DNA from: Ignavibacteriota bacterium
GTDB lineage: Bacteria; Bacteroidota; Ignavibacteria; UBA10030; UBA6906
Length of the DNA stretch: 64,000 nucleotides
Direction of reading: 5' to 3'
NCBI GenBank assembly: GCA_016707525.1
Contig: JADJHP010000006.1
Coordinates: forward strand, 184,817 to 248,816
Position 1 is the first letter of the stretch; each line of letters starts with the position of its first letter. The notes below the pieces were generated by a model that saw only the letters and a list, made by a program, of their open reading frames with translations, did no database searches and was not told where the DNA came from. Made by a program: the position numbers and the translations under genes. Positions 1 to 10,000 of this stretch are shown here, piece by piece.

Positions 1-1731
1 ATCCCGCGCCTGTATGACGAGCGCGTGAGCTTCTTCTCGAACACGATGTATGACTATGGCCGTCAGGACCACAAGGCCGAGGAGCGCCAGTTCATCGCGC
101 GCTGGCGCCTGGAGCCGAAGGATACTGCGGCTTTCCTGCGCGGCGAACTGGTCGAGCCGGTGAAGCCGATCACGTTCTATATCGATCGGGGTGTACCCGA
201 CACGTGGCGTCCGTACCTGAAGAAGGGCGTCGAGATGTGGCAGGTGGCCTTTGAAAAGGCCGGCTTCAAGAAGGCCATCGTTGCGAAGGATCCGCCGTCG
301 GTGAAGGAAGATCCGGACTGGAGTTCCGAGGATGCGCGGTATGCCACCATCCGCTGGCTCCCCTCCGAGATCCAGAACGCGTACGGGCCGCATATCTCCG
401 ATCCACGCACGGGCGAGATCCTCGATGCGGACATCGGGTTCTTCCACAATGTGATGAGCCTTGCACGCAACTGGTACATGGTGCAGGCGGGTGCGGTCGA
501 CCCCCGGGCGCAGAAGCTGCCGTTGCCCGACGACCTCCTGGGTGAGTTGCTGCAATACATCGCAGCGCATGAAGTGGGACATTCGCTCGGCTTCCCGCAT
601 AACATGAAGGCCACATCGATGTACCCGGTGGACAGTCTGCGCAGCAGGACGTTCACCACGAAATTCGGGACCGAGGCATCGATCATGGATTACGGCCGCT
701 TCAATTATATCGCGCAGCCCGGCGATGGGGCAGCCCTGATCCCGATCATCGGCCCGTACGACCTGTTCGCCACCGAGTGGGGCTATCGTCCGTTCATCGG
801 AACGAAGACCCCGGATGATGAGCGTGAAGCATTGAACAGGATCGCCGCGCGGCAGGAGACCGAGCCGTACCTGCGGTTCGGTGATGCCGACGGCACGGAC
901 CCGTCAGCACAGACGGAAGACCTCGGCGCGGATGCGGTGGCGTCGACCAGCTATGGCCTGAAGAACATTGCCCGGATCGCGAACTTCCTGTTGCCGGCAA
1001 CGACAAAGCCGGGCGAGGACTACAGTCTCCTGCAGGAGCTCTACCTTGAGCTGATCGGTCAGCGCAACCGTGAACTTGGCCACGTCGCCAACGTCGTGGG
1101 TGGCGTGAACCGCACCCGCCGGTTCGCGGGCCAGGCAGGCAAGGTCTATGAGCCGGTGCCGGCCGCCAAACAGAAGGAAGCAATGGCGTTGTTGTCCAGG
1201 GAGGCATTCCGCACGCCGATCGAGGTGTTGAAGCCGGAGATCCTCGCGCTCATCGAGCCAACCGGTGCGGCCGAACGGATCCTGAGTGGCCAGCGGTCGG
1301 TGTTGAACACGGTGCTCGACAACCGGCGCCTCGCCAGGATGATGAACGTCCAGGCGCTACCCGGCAATCCGAAGCCGTACAGGATCAGCGAAATGCTGAT
1401 GGACCTCCGTGCAGGCATCTGGTCGGACCTTGCCGCGGGGAAAGTGACGCCGGATGTGTACCGCCGCAACCTGCAGCGCGTGTATCTGGAGGTCTTCAAC
1501 GCGAAGCTGAATGCGTCCGTCGGTGCGCCACCGCCCGGATTCCCCGCTGCAATGTGGGCACAGTTCAATCCCGCGTTGCCGGGTGAAGCGCGCGCGATGA
1601 TGCGCAGTGAACTGTCCGATCTGGATGCCTCGCTGGCAGGGGCCATCGGGAAGGCCGGTGACCGTGAAGTGCGTGCGCACCTGCAGGATTGCCGCTACCG
1701 GATCGGGAAGATCCTGAATCCAGACAAGTGA
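1..1731 (+). CDS. Zinc-dependent metalloprotease (metzincin-like; DUF4953/DUF5117-type), 5' end cut by window edge
   Basis: Frame 1 is open from base 1 (IPRLYDERVSFF..), so the M at 25 is internal. Zinc motif HEVGHSLGFPHN (HExxHxxGxxH). Stop at 1729-1731. Confidence 0.8.
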   Translation: MPRLYDERVSFFSNTMYDYGRQDHKAEERQFIARWRLEPKDTAAFLRGELVEPVKPITFYIDRGVPDTWRPYLKKGVEMWQVAFEKAGFKKAIVAKDPPSVKEDPDWSSEDARYATIRWLPSEIQNAYGPHISDPRTGEILDADIGFFHNVMSLARNWYMVQAGAVDPRAQKLPLPDDLLGELLQYIAAHEVGHSLGFPHNMKATSMYPVDSLRSRTFTTKFGTEASIMDYGRFNYIAQPGDGAALIPIIGPYDLFATEWGYRPFIGTKTPDDEREALNRIAARQETEPYLRFGDADGTDPSAQTEDLGADAVASTSYGLKNIARIANFLLPATTKPGEDYSLLQELYLELIGQRNRELGHVANVVGGVNRTRRFAGQAGKVYEPVPAAKQKEAMALLSREAFRTPIEVLKPEILALIEPTGAAERILSGQRSVLNTVLDNRRLARMMNVQALPGNPKPYRISEMLMDLRAGIWSDLAAGKVTPDVYRRNLQRVYLEVFNAKLNASVGAPPPGFPAAMWAQFNPALPGEARAMMRSELSDLDASLAGAIGKAGDREVRAHLQDCRYRIGKILNPDK

Positions 1732-1756
1732 TCGCGTTCCAAAGGGATGGATCCTC

Positions 1757-1785
1757 GGAGGGGCGCAGCATGCTGTGTCCCTTAC
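1757..1785. repeat. Degenerate copy of GC-rich palindromic REP-like element
   Basis: GGAGGGGCGCAGCATGCTGTGTCCCTTA shares the GGGGCGCAGCATGCTG core with the 1827-1854 copy; the right arm is mutated. Confidence 0.5.
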
Positions 1786-1826
1786 CGGGGATGGAACATG
1801 ACACTTCTGTGTATGTATGGATGGTC

Positions 1827-1854
1827 GTAGGGGCGCAGCATGCTGCGCCCTTAC
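1827..1854. repeat. GC-rich palindromic REP-like element
   Basis: GTAGGGGCGCAGCATGCTGCGCCCTTAC. A perfect 20-bp palindrome at 1831-1850 is centred on GCATGC. It lies in the intergenic gap after the protease gene. Confidence 0.75.
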
Positions 1855-1863
1855 GATTTTGAA

Positions 1864-2793
1864 ATGGGAGAAGAGAGTATCAGTACCGACCAGAGTCCAG
1901 CACCGGCGCCGTCCACCTTCAAGATCGTCGCGGCATTCCTGACGATCTACATCGTCTGGGGATCGACGTATCTCGCCATCCGGTTCGGCGTCGAGACCAT
2001 CCCGCCGTTCATGATGGCTGCGACGCGGTTCCTTCTTGCAGGTGCGGTGCTCTTCCTCTGGGACCGGTACCGCGGTGGGGCGATGCCCACGAGCGCCCAC
2101 TGGCGTTCCGGGGTCATCATTGGAGGGCTCCTGCTCGTCGTCGGGAACGGCGGCGTGACCTGGGCAGAACAGACCATTCCTTCCGGGGTAACGGCGTTGT
2201 TGATCGGCACCGCCCCGATCTTCTTCGTCCTGCTCGATTGGCTGTTCTTCGGAGGCAAGCGGCCGACAGGGCGCATCACCCTGGGCCTTGCCATCGGCCT
2301 TGGCGGCACCATCCTGTTGGTCGGGCCGGACCATATCCTGACCGGGGAGGGATTCTCGGTGGCTGGCCTTCTCGTGCTTCTTCTCGCGGAGATCTGCTGG
2401 GCTGCAGGGTCGCTCTACTCCCGCCGGGCGATCCTGCCCGCGTCACCACTCATGGCGACGGCGGTGGAAATGCTTGCCGGTGGAGCGATCCTCTTGATCA
2501 TCAGTACGGTCTCCGGTGAACCGTTCCGACTCGATGTGTCCACGGTCTCGACCGTCTCGCTTCTGTCCCTTGGCTATCTCTTCCTGTTCGGTTCGCTGAT
2601 AGGATTCACGGCATACGTGTGGCTCCTGCGTGTCGCATCTCCCGCACGGGTCTCTACCTATGCGTACGTCAACCCGGTGATCGCGGTGATCCTGGGATGG
2701 ACATTGGGAGGGGAGGAACTGACGGTGCGGATGCTCATCGCCGCCGGCATCATCATCGCGGGTGTTGTGATGATCGTGATGTGGAAGGAGTGA
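1864..2793 (+). CDS. EamA/DMT-family transporter (10-TM drug/metabolite exporter type)
   Basis: Hydrophobic throughout, with two EamA-like halves (IYIVWGSTYLAIRF.., ..EICWAAGSLYSRR..). The listed ATG at 1840 is the CATG centre of the palindrome, so ATG 1864 (MGEESIS..) is preferred. Confidence 0.8.
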   Translation: MGEESISTDQSPAPAPSTFKIVAAFLTIYIVWGSTYLAIRFGVETIPPFMMAATRFLLAGAVLFLWDRYRGGAMPTSAHWRSGVIIGGLLLVVGNGGVTWAEQTIPSGVTALLIGTAPIFFVLLDWLFFGGKRPTGRITLGLAIGLGGTILLVGPDHILTGEGFSVAGLLVLLLAEICWAAGSLYSRRAILPASPLMATAVEMLAGGAILLIISTVSGEPFRLDVSTVSTVSLLSLGYLFLFGSLIGFTAYVWLLRVASPARVSTYAYVNPVIAVILGWTLGGEELTVRMLIAAGIIIAGVVMIVMWKE

Positions 2794-2801
2794 GCCGCGG
2801 T

Positions 2802-3161
2802 CTAGAGCTGCTCGATGGCTTTGAGCAAGCGGCTGAGGTCCAGCGGTTTCTGAAGGAAGGCATCGATGCCCGATGCGAGGATGTCCGCCGGGAGATAGAA
2901 TTGCGAGTACGCCGTGACCATGATGATGGGGAGGTCGGGGCGGGCGGCCTTCGCACGTTTCGAGAATTCGATCCCGTTCATCTTCGGCATATCCAGGTCC
3001 ACGATCGCCATGTGCACCAGCGATCTGCTCATCACCTCGAGCGCCTGCTCGCCATCCCCGGCTTCCAGGATCTGATACCCCTTCTCCGACAGGATCGTCT
3101 TCAGAAGTTCGCGCGCTTCCGGATTGTCGTCGATGACGAGGATGCGGCCGCCGAACTTCAT
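2802..3161 (-). CDS. Stand-alone response-regulator receiver domain protein (CheY-like)
   Basis: 119 aa. ILVIDDNPEARELL.. ..AIVDLDMPKMNG.. ..IIMVTAY: acidic pocket, phospho-acceptor Asp and conserved T/K region. No output domain. Confidence 0.85.
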   Translation of the reverse strand: MKFGGRILVIDDNPEARELLKTILSEKGYQILEAGDGEQALEVMSRSLVHMAIVDLDMPKMNGIEFSKRAKAARPDLPIIMVTAYSQFYLPADILASGIDAFLQKPLDLSRLLKAIEQL

Positions 3162-4348
3162 CGGGCACCCGCTTCGCTGCGCGAACGTGCAATGGCATCC
3201 TTCAACGCGGACGCGGCGCGCTGCATTTCGTCGGGCGTGTTGTAGAAATGCGGGGAGAACCGGAGAAGCCCCTCACGCACGGCGATGGTCACACCGGCGT
3301 TACGCATGTGCACCGCCAGTTCTTCCGCCCGCAGCCCTGCGGGCGGGCGCACGGTGACGATGCCCGCGCGACGGTTCGGATCCGCCGGCGTGACGCAGTG
3401 CACTCCTTCGATGCCGGTCAATGCCTGCATCAGGACGCCGGTGATCGTGAGAATGTGCCCCGCGATCGCGTCGACCCCCACCTCCAACAGCATCGTGAGA
3501 GCTGCATTCATTGCATGCATTCCGGTGATGTTGAGCGTGCCGCCCTCATATCTCCGGGCCGATCCGTCCAGCTCCTGGTCCAGGTCCTTGAAATTCCACG
3601 GTGTTGCCACGGAGAGCCAGCCGACATGCTGCTGGGTGATGCTGGACTGAAGATCGTCGGTCACATAGAGGAAGCCGGTACCCTGCGGCGACATCTGCCA
3701 CTTCTGTGCACCGGCCGCGAGGCAGTCGATATGCATCGCCTGCACATCGATCGGTACGGCGCCCACGGCCTGGATCCCGTCCACCACGAAGAGAATGCTG
3801 CGGTCCCGGCAGAGCGCGCCGATCGCTTCGAGATCTGCACGGTATCCGGAGAGGAACTGCACCGCACTGATGGCGAGGAGACGGGTGTCGGGCCGCAACG
3901 CGTGTGCGATGATCTCCGGTGTCACGATCCCGTTCTCCACCTGCATCATATCCACCTGGACACCATGCCGCCGGAGATGAAGGAAGGGGTGAAGGTTCGC
4001 GGGAAATTCCGCGTTGTTCAGCAGGATGTGGTTCCCATCGCGCCAGGGCAGCCCGGCCGCGACGATGTTCAGGGCGTCAGAGGTGTTCATGGCGAACCCG
4101 ATACGCTCCGGCCCTTCGGCGTTGATGAGCCGGCAGACGTTCTTCCGCCATTCCTTGATCATGGGGAGGTCGTCCCCGTAGGTGTCGATCTCACCCGTTG
4201 CACGGTTGGCGATATGCGCGGAAAGCGCATTGACCACCGGCGTCGCCAAGGGGCTCGTCGCAGCATGATTAAGATAGACATGCCCGCTGGCAAGGTACGG
4301 GAAAAGCGAACGGGCGCGGTCGAGTGTGGTCGGGGGGATCAGGGCCAT
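3158..4348 (-). CDS. Class-V aminotransferase / cysteine-desulfurase-like PLP enzyme
   Basis: This is the C-terminal 396 aa of the 1413-aa ORF, starting at MALIPPTT (ATG at 4348). Motifs LNHAATSPL, FVVDGIQAVG and AAGAQKWQ (PLP Lys). It overlaps the downstream receiver gene by 4 bp (3158-3161). Confidence 0.8.
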   Translation of the reverse strand: MALIPPTTLDRARSLFPYLASGHVYLNHAATSPLATPVVNALSAHIANRATGEIDTYGDDLPMIKEWRKNVCRLINAEGPERIGFAMNTSDALNIVAAGLPWRDGNHILLNNAEFPANLHPFLHLRRHGVQVDMMQVENGIVTPEIIAHALRPDTRLLAISAVQFLSGYRADLEAIGALCRDRSILFVVDGIQAVGAVPIDVQAMHIDCLAAGAQKWQMSPQGTGFLYVTDDLQSSITQQHVGWLSVATPWNFKDLDQELDGSARRYEGGTLNITGMHAMNAALTMLLEVGVDAIAGHILTITGVLMQALTGIEGVHCVTPADPNRRAGIVTVRPPAGLRAEELAVHMRNAGVTIAVREGLLRFSPHFYNTPDEMQRAASALKDAIARSRSEAGAR

Positions 4349-4409
4349 AAGCAGAGCAGGATCATGCAAAAAAGTACGAAGAAATGTACGGAATTGCAAA
4401 AAGGCCGTC

Positions 4410-4438
4410 TTGACTTCACCTCCGTGTTTGGGTACATT
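4410..4438 (+). promoter_or_regulatory. Candidate sigma70-type promoter for pbpC operon
   Basis: TTGACT (4410-4415), 17-nt spacer, TACATT (4433-4438). It sits in the divergent intergenic region, about 100 nt upstream of the pbpC start. Confidence 0.35.
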
Positions 4439-4546
4439 CGGTGACACTTCCGGAGCAGACCATGAGTTCCAACGCCCGCACCCTCCCGGGGGCCAGACCT
4501 GTTTTGCCCCGTTGGATGGCGGTCCTTTCCGGCCCCTGTGGCGAGA

Positions 4547-6874
4547 ATGCCTGACGGGGCGCCGCACGTGATACTCCGGAAGACCCTGCGCATCGCGGGT
4601 GGCATAGTGGGGGGCATGATCGGCCTGGCGTTCCTCCTGTCCTCCCTTTTCCCCCTTCCGCACCCCAAACCGTATTCGACCCTGATCGAGGATCAGCGCG
4701 GCAGGTTCGTCCATGCGTTCCGTGCCCCGGACGGGATCTGGCGGCTGAAAACGTCGCCCGACGAGATCCCGCCGCGCCTCAAGAGCATCCTGCTTGCCCG
4801 GGAGGACCGCTGGTTCTCCTATCATCCCGGCGTCAATCCTTTTGCGCTTGTCCGTGCGGTGTACCAGAATCTGAGCAGCGGACGCCGTGTGTCCGGTGCG
4901 TCCACGATCACGATGCAGATCGCCCGCATGCTCGAGCCGAAGGAACGGACGGTCGGCAACAAGATGCTGGAGATCCTCCGCGCGTTCCAGTTGGAATGGG
5001 CGTACTCGAAGGAGGAACTGCTCGAAATGTACCTCTCGATGGTCCCGCTGGGAGGCAACATCGAGGGGCTGCAATCTGCCGCACTCATCTATTATCAGAC
5101 CCCGCTCGAGCGATTGAATGTGGCACAGCTGTTCGACCTCATGCTGATCCCGAGCGATCCGAACGGCCTGCGGCCTGACAGGAACGGAGAGGCGTTGGTG
5201 CACCAGCGGTTGTCCCAGGCGAAGCGATGGCTGGCAGAGGGCATGCTCACTGAGGCGGATTCCGTCGTGTTGTGGAACACGCCGGCAGCAGCGGAACGCC
5301 GGGCGCTTCCGCGTGAAGCGGAACATTTTGCGTTGCGTGTAGCGAGGCGCTTCCCCGGTGCCGCCCTGGTCCATAGTACACTCGATATGGACATCCAGAG
5401 AAAGGTCGAGACCCTTCTTGCGAACCACCTCAGGCCGTGGCGGCTGAGCGGGGTGCAGAACGGTGCTGTCCTCGTCATGGAGAATGCGACCGGTGCGGTG
5501 CGCGCGTATGCGGGATCCGGTGCGTTCGCGGATGATGCGTCGCAGGGACAGGTGGACGCGGTCATGGCCCTGCGCTCTCCGGGTTCCACGCTCAAGCCGT
5601 TCCTGTATGCGATGCAGGTCGAAGCGGGAGAGCTCACGCCTCGCACGGTGCTGCTGGATACTCCGTACGACGCCGAAGGGTTCTATGCGGAGAACTACGA
5701 TGGCGGGTATGACGGCCTCGTCCATGCAGATGAAGCGCTCCAGCGCTCGCTGAATGTACCGATGGTACGCATGCTCAAGCGCGCCGGGCTTGGCACCTTC
5801 GAGGATTTCCTGGCGAAGGAAGGGTTCGTATCGCTGCAACAACAACGCGGACGCCTGGGCCTGAGCATGATCCTCGGTGGATGTGGTGTGCGTCTCGATG
5901 AACTGGTACCCGCTTTCGCTTCCTTCCCGCGCGGAGGTGTGTGGCGGCCGTTGCGGTGGCTCGAGGATGCTCCGGTCGACACAGCGCAGGATGTGCAGGT
6001 GTTCTCGACGGCCACGGCGTACGTCGTGACACATATCCTCTCGGGCCTTGAACGCCCCGATCTGCCGAACAATTTCGACTATGCGCTCACGCTCCCCAAG
6101 GTTGCCTACAAGACGGGGACGTCGTATGGCCGTCGCGATGCGTGGTGCATCGGCTATTCCTCCATGTACACCATCGGCGTGTGGATGGGGAATGTGACGA
6201 ACCGCGGGAACCCCGATCTCGTCGGGAGCCGCTCCGCGGCACCGCTCCTGCTGGATGTCTTCACATCGATCTCGACGATCTCGGAGAAGGGGATCCTGCG
6301 TCCGCCGGCGAGCATCCGGACACGCCAGGTCTGCGCACGCAGCGGCCGTCCGCCCGGCACGTTCTGCTCGCAACTCATCGACGATATGTACATCGATCGT
6401 ATCTCGTCCACGACACCGTGCACCGTGTGCTGCGAGTTCCTGGTGTCGCCGGACGGCGCCGTGACCTACTGTGCGTCCTGTCTTGGTGCTCATGCGTACA
6501 AGCCCGTCGTGTATGCGCAGTATCCTCCCGAACTCGTTCACTTCTGGAAGATGCATGGCGTGAACAAGACGCTGGCTCCGCCGCACGAACCGGGATGTAC
6601 GCGGGTGTTCGCGGGCGAAGGCCCGACGATCCTGAGCCCCTCCGAGGGGATGACCTACTTCATCACATCGCCCGGGCAGAAGATCGTGCTGCAGGCCGGG
6701 TCCAGCGTGGATGTGCAGGACCACCGGTGGTATGTGGACGACACGTATCTCGGGAAGAAGCGACCCGGAGAGAAAGTGTTCGTTGCGCTGGCCCAGGGGT
6801 CGCACACGGTCGCCTGCATGGATGATCGCGGGCGTTTGTCGTCCGTCTCCATGACCGTCAAGAGTGCTCTGTAA
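4547..6874 (+). CDS. pbpC: Penicillin-binding protein 1C (bifunctional-type transglycosylase/transpeptidase)
   Basis: N-terminal TM helix. GT51 motifs EDRWFSYHPGVNP and GASTITMQ. Transpeptidase motifs SxxK (STLK), SLN and KTGTS. PBP1C-type C-terminal beta domain. Start is GTG 4538 or ATG 4547. Confidence 0.85.
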   Translation: MPDGAPHVILRKTLRIAGGIVGGMIGLAFLLSSLFPLPHPKPYSTLIEDQRGRFVHAFRAPDGIWRLKTSPDEIPPRLKSILLAREDRWFSYHPGVNPFALVRAVYQNLSSGRRVSGASTITMQIARMLEPKERTVGNKMLEILRAFQLEWAYSKEELLEMYLSMVPLGGNIEGLQSAALIYYQTPLERLNVAQLFDLMLIPSDPNGLRPDRNGEALVHQRLSQAKRWLAEGMLTEADSVVLWNTPAAAERRALPREAEHFALRVARRFPGAALVHSTLDMDIQRKVETLLANHLRPWRLSGVQNGAVLVMENATGAVRAYAGSGAFADDASQGQVDAVMALRSPGSTLKPFLYAMQVEAGELTPRTVLLDTPYDAEGFYAENYDGGYDGLVHADEALQRSLNVPMVRMLKRAGLGTFEDFLAKEGFVSLQQQRGRLGLSMILGGCGVRLDELVPAFASFPRGGVWRPLRWLEDAPVDTAQDVQVFSTATAYVVTHILSGLERPDLPNNFDYALTLPKVAYKTGTSYGRRDAWCIGYSSMYTIGVWMGNVTNRGNPDLVGSRSAAPLLLDVFTSISTISEKGILRPPASIRTRQVCARSGRPPGTFCSQLIDDMYIDRISSTTPCTVCCEFLVSPDGAVTYCASCLGAHAYKPVVYAQYPPELVHFWKMHGVNKTLAPPHEPGCTRVFAGEGPTILSPSEGMTYFITSPGQKIVLQAGSSVDVQDHRWYVDDTYLGKKRPGEKVFVALAQGSHTVACMDDRGRLSSVSMTVKSAL

Positions 6875-7052
6875 CAACGCGGTGTAATGACGCAAAGAAG
6901 GCAGGGACACGAGCGCCAGGACGTACCGTGGAGGGTCGGGTCGCTCTCGCCAAGGCGCCAGATCCCCCCGCCTGTACGGCCCTGGTCTTTTCACCTTTGC
7001 GCCTGTGCGAGAGAAAGTGTGCCTCCATATCCAACACCAACAAGGAAGTTCC

Positions 7053-10000
7053 ATGACACGCCACCGCCTCCTCCTGGTGCTCGTCCTTCTCGCCGTGCTT
7101 CTGCACAGTTGCGGCGGGCCGGGAACGAACGTCCTCCGCGTCACCTCGACATTGCCCTCGGGCGTCGTGGGGCGCGACCTCATTCTGCCGGTCACGTTCT
7201 CCCGCGCGATCGTGCCGATGGATTCCGTGAACCAGTGGACCTCGACGCCGTACGTGACGTTCTCGCCGGGGATCCCCGGCAAGTTCATCTGGGAGGATAC
7301 CACACGGCTGGTGTTCAGTCCGGACGGCCAGCTTCCGGGCGACGCCCGGTTCACGGCGAAGCTGAATACCGACCTGCTCACGCAGATGTCGGGCGCCACG
7401 GGGTTCGATGGGCCTGCCGAATTCTCCTTTGAGACAGAGAGCTTCCGCCTGAAAGGGGCGGAGTTCTTCTATGACCGGATCGGGCAGAAGCGGGAGATCG
7501 GCATCCGCGCGAACCTGGAGTTCACGTATGAGGTGAATGCGTCCGATGTGCCCGGGATGGTCACGGTGAAGGTCGACAATGAACAGAGGCCGATCGCGAA
7601 TGTCGCCACAACCGGCAAGAGCCGCGTGATCGCGGTGGATATCGGGACGGTGACCCAGCTCGAGAAGGAGCGGGTGATCGCGGTGACCTGCTCGGGGGAT
7701 CTGACCTCGCCGGAGACCGGCACGCGTATCCGTACGGAAGAACCCTTCGTGTACAGGATGCCGCCGCTCGGGGAACTGCAGATCCTCGGGCATGAATTCG
7801 GGTCGGATGGGAACAATGGCTGGATCAAGGTCAGGACCTCTCAGGAAGTGGACGCCGAGGTGGCAAAGGCCGGCGTGACCCTGGATCCGGTACGCCCCTT
7901 CACCGTCCGGAACGATGGCGACGGGTTCACCTTGCTTGGTTCATTTGAACCGGGTGCGGCCTTCCGTTTGATCGTAAAGAAAGGCCTGGAGAGCGTACTC
8001 GGTGGCAAGACGCAGAACGACTACGAAGCCGACGTCGTGATCGGCAACATCGCGCCGTCGTTCGGCTTCGCCTCGTCCAGTGGCATGTACATGATGCTCG
8101 GCGGGGCACGCTCCATCGACATCAAGACCGTGAACCTTCCGCAGCTTGCGGTGCGCGTCAGCCAGATCTTCCAGAACAACATCGTCTATCTGTTGGACAA
8201 CGGCCGCTACTACGATTACTCGTACTACGGCGATGAAGAGGGCGGTGGCGAGTCGTGGGTGAAAAAATACCGGTACTATGTCGGGAATTTCGGGCGGCAG
8301 CTCTCGTACGATACGATCAGCGTCGCCCACGTGCCCAACCGGGAGATCACCACGCCGTTCAGTCTTGCCCCGTTCATGAACACCGGATACAAGGGGTTCT
8401 ATCTTGTGGAGATCGCGAATCCGGAAGAGTCGTGGCGGTCGACCTCGAAGCTGATCTCGATCTCGGATATCGGTCTCATCGCAAAGACCTCGTACAACGA
8501 GGTCCTGGTCTTTGCGACCAACCTCGTGACCACCACCCCGATGCCGAACGTGACCATCTCGCTCATCTCGACGACGAACCAGGTCGTTGCCGTTGCGAAG
8601 ACCGATCCGGACGGCGTTGCCCGCTTCACCGGGATGGCAGAGAAGATGAAGGACTTCCCCCTCCGGATCGTGACGGCCGAAGCGGACAACGATTTCAATT
8701 TCCTGCATCTGGACGATTACCGGGTGGAGACGTCGCGGTACGACGTTTCCGGGAGGCGGGATCTTGCAGGGCCATATGATGCGATGCTCTACGGCGACCG
8801 GAACATCTACCGTCCGGGAGAGAAGGTGGTCGTTGCCGGCCTCGTGCGCAATCTCTCGAACCCGGTTCCCGCGGGCATGCCCGTGCGCCTGAAGCTGTTC
8901 AGTCCGCGGAGCTCGCTCGTGCAGGAAACGCAGCACACGTTGAATGACCAGGGTGCGTTCGAGTCGTCGTTCCAGACATCCACCGCCGCCGGTACCGGCG
9001 ACTACCGGTATGAGCTGTACACCGGCAGCAATGTGTTCCTTACCTCGTACAAAGTGAGCGTCGAGGATTTTGTGCCCGACCGGCTGCGGGTGAATCTGAC
9101 GCCGACGCTTGAGACCGCAAGACCGGGTGAGACGGTCGATTATACCGTCCAGGCGACCAACTTTTTCGGTCCGCCGGCTGCAGGGAGGAACTGGGAGTTC
9201 GAGGGAGCCTTCACGGTCGTACCGTACGTCTCGAAGAATTTCCCTGAGTTCGTCTTCCGCGATGATGCGGCATCGAACAACGTCGGCGACCCGTTCGTTG
9301 CCACCGGGCGGACGGAAAACGACGGGACGGCAGCAGTCTCGATGACGATCCCCGAAGGGCTGTCGACGTCCGGTATCATCCGTGCACGGGCACGGGTGGC
9401 GGTGTTCGATGAGTCCGGAAGGCCGGTGTATCAGGTCGCGCAGACCATGGTCTACCCGAAGTCGTACCTGATCGGAGTGAAGAATGCCGGGGCGTACTAC
9501 GCCGCACCGAACACGCCGCAGAAGGTCCGGATCGTGGCGGTGGATCCGCAGGACCAGGTGCTGAAGGGGTTCACGGCCCAGGTGCAGTTGATCCGGTATG
9601 AATGGCATTCCGTATTGCGTCAGCATCCGCAGACCAACAACCTCCGTTATGTGTCGGAGCGGCGCGAGATCCCGGTGCGCACGGACCGGGTCACCATCGG
9701 CTCCGGGCCGTTGGAGTATACCTACACCGCACCGCGTTCGGGGGACTACGCGCTGCGGGTGAGCAAGGCCGGTGATGCCGGGTACAATCAGATCGAGTTC
9801 TACTCGTACAGCTGGGGCACATCGGACATGACCTCGTTCGAGGTCGATCCTGAGGCGCGGGTGGACATCGTGATGGACAAGAAGGTGTATGCGCCGGGCG
9901 AAAAGGCACACATCCTGTTCCAGGCTCCGTTCAGCGGCAAGATGCTCGTGACCGTCGAGAGGAACCATGTCTTCACCCACCAGTACCTCGATGTGGTCAA

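Noticed and set aside
1840-1863. ATG 1840 as the start of the EamA transporter
   Set aside because: This ATG is the CATG centre of the REP-like palindrome (1831-1850). The next in-frame ATG (1864) precedes the first TM segment and is preferred.
4349-7399. Upstream 1017 codons of the 1413-aa minus-strand ORF (3158..7399)
   Set aside because: It is antisense to pbpC and the A2M start and is Arg/Pro/His/Gly-rich with no motifs. This is a typical shadow ORF of GC-rich DNA. The recognisable aminotransferase begins at the Met at 4348.
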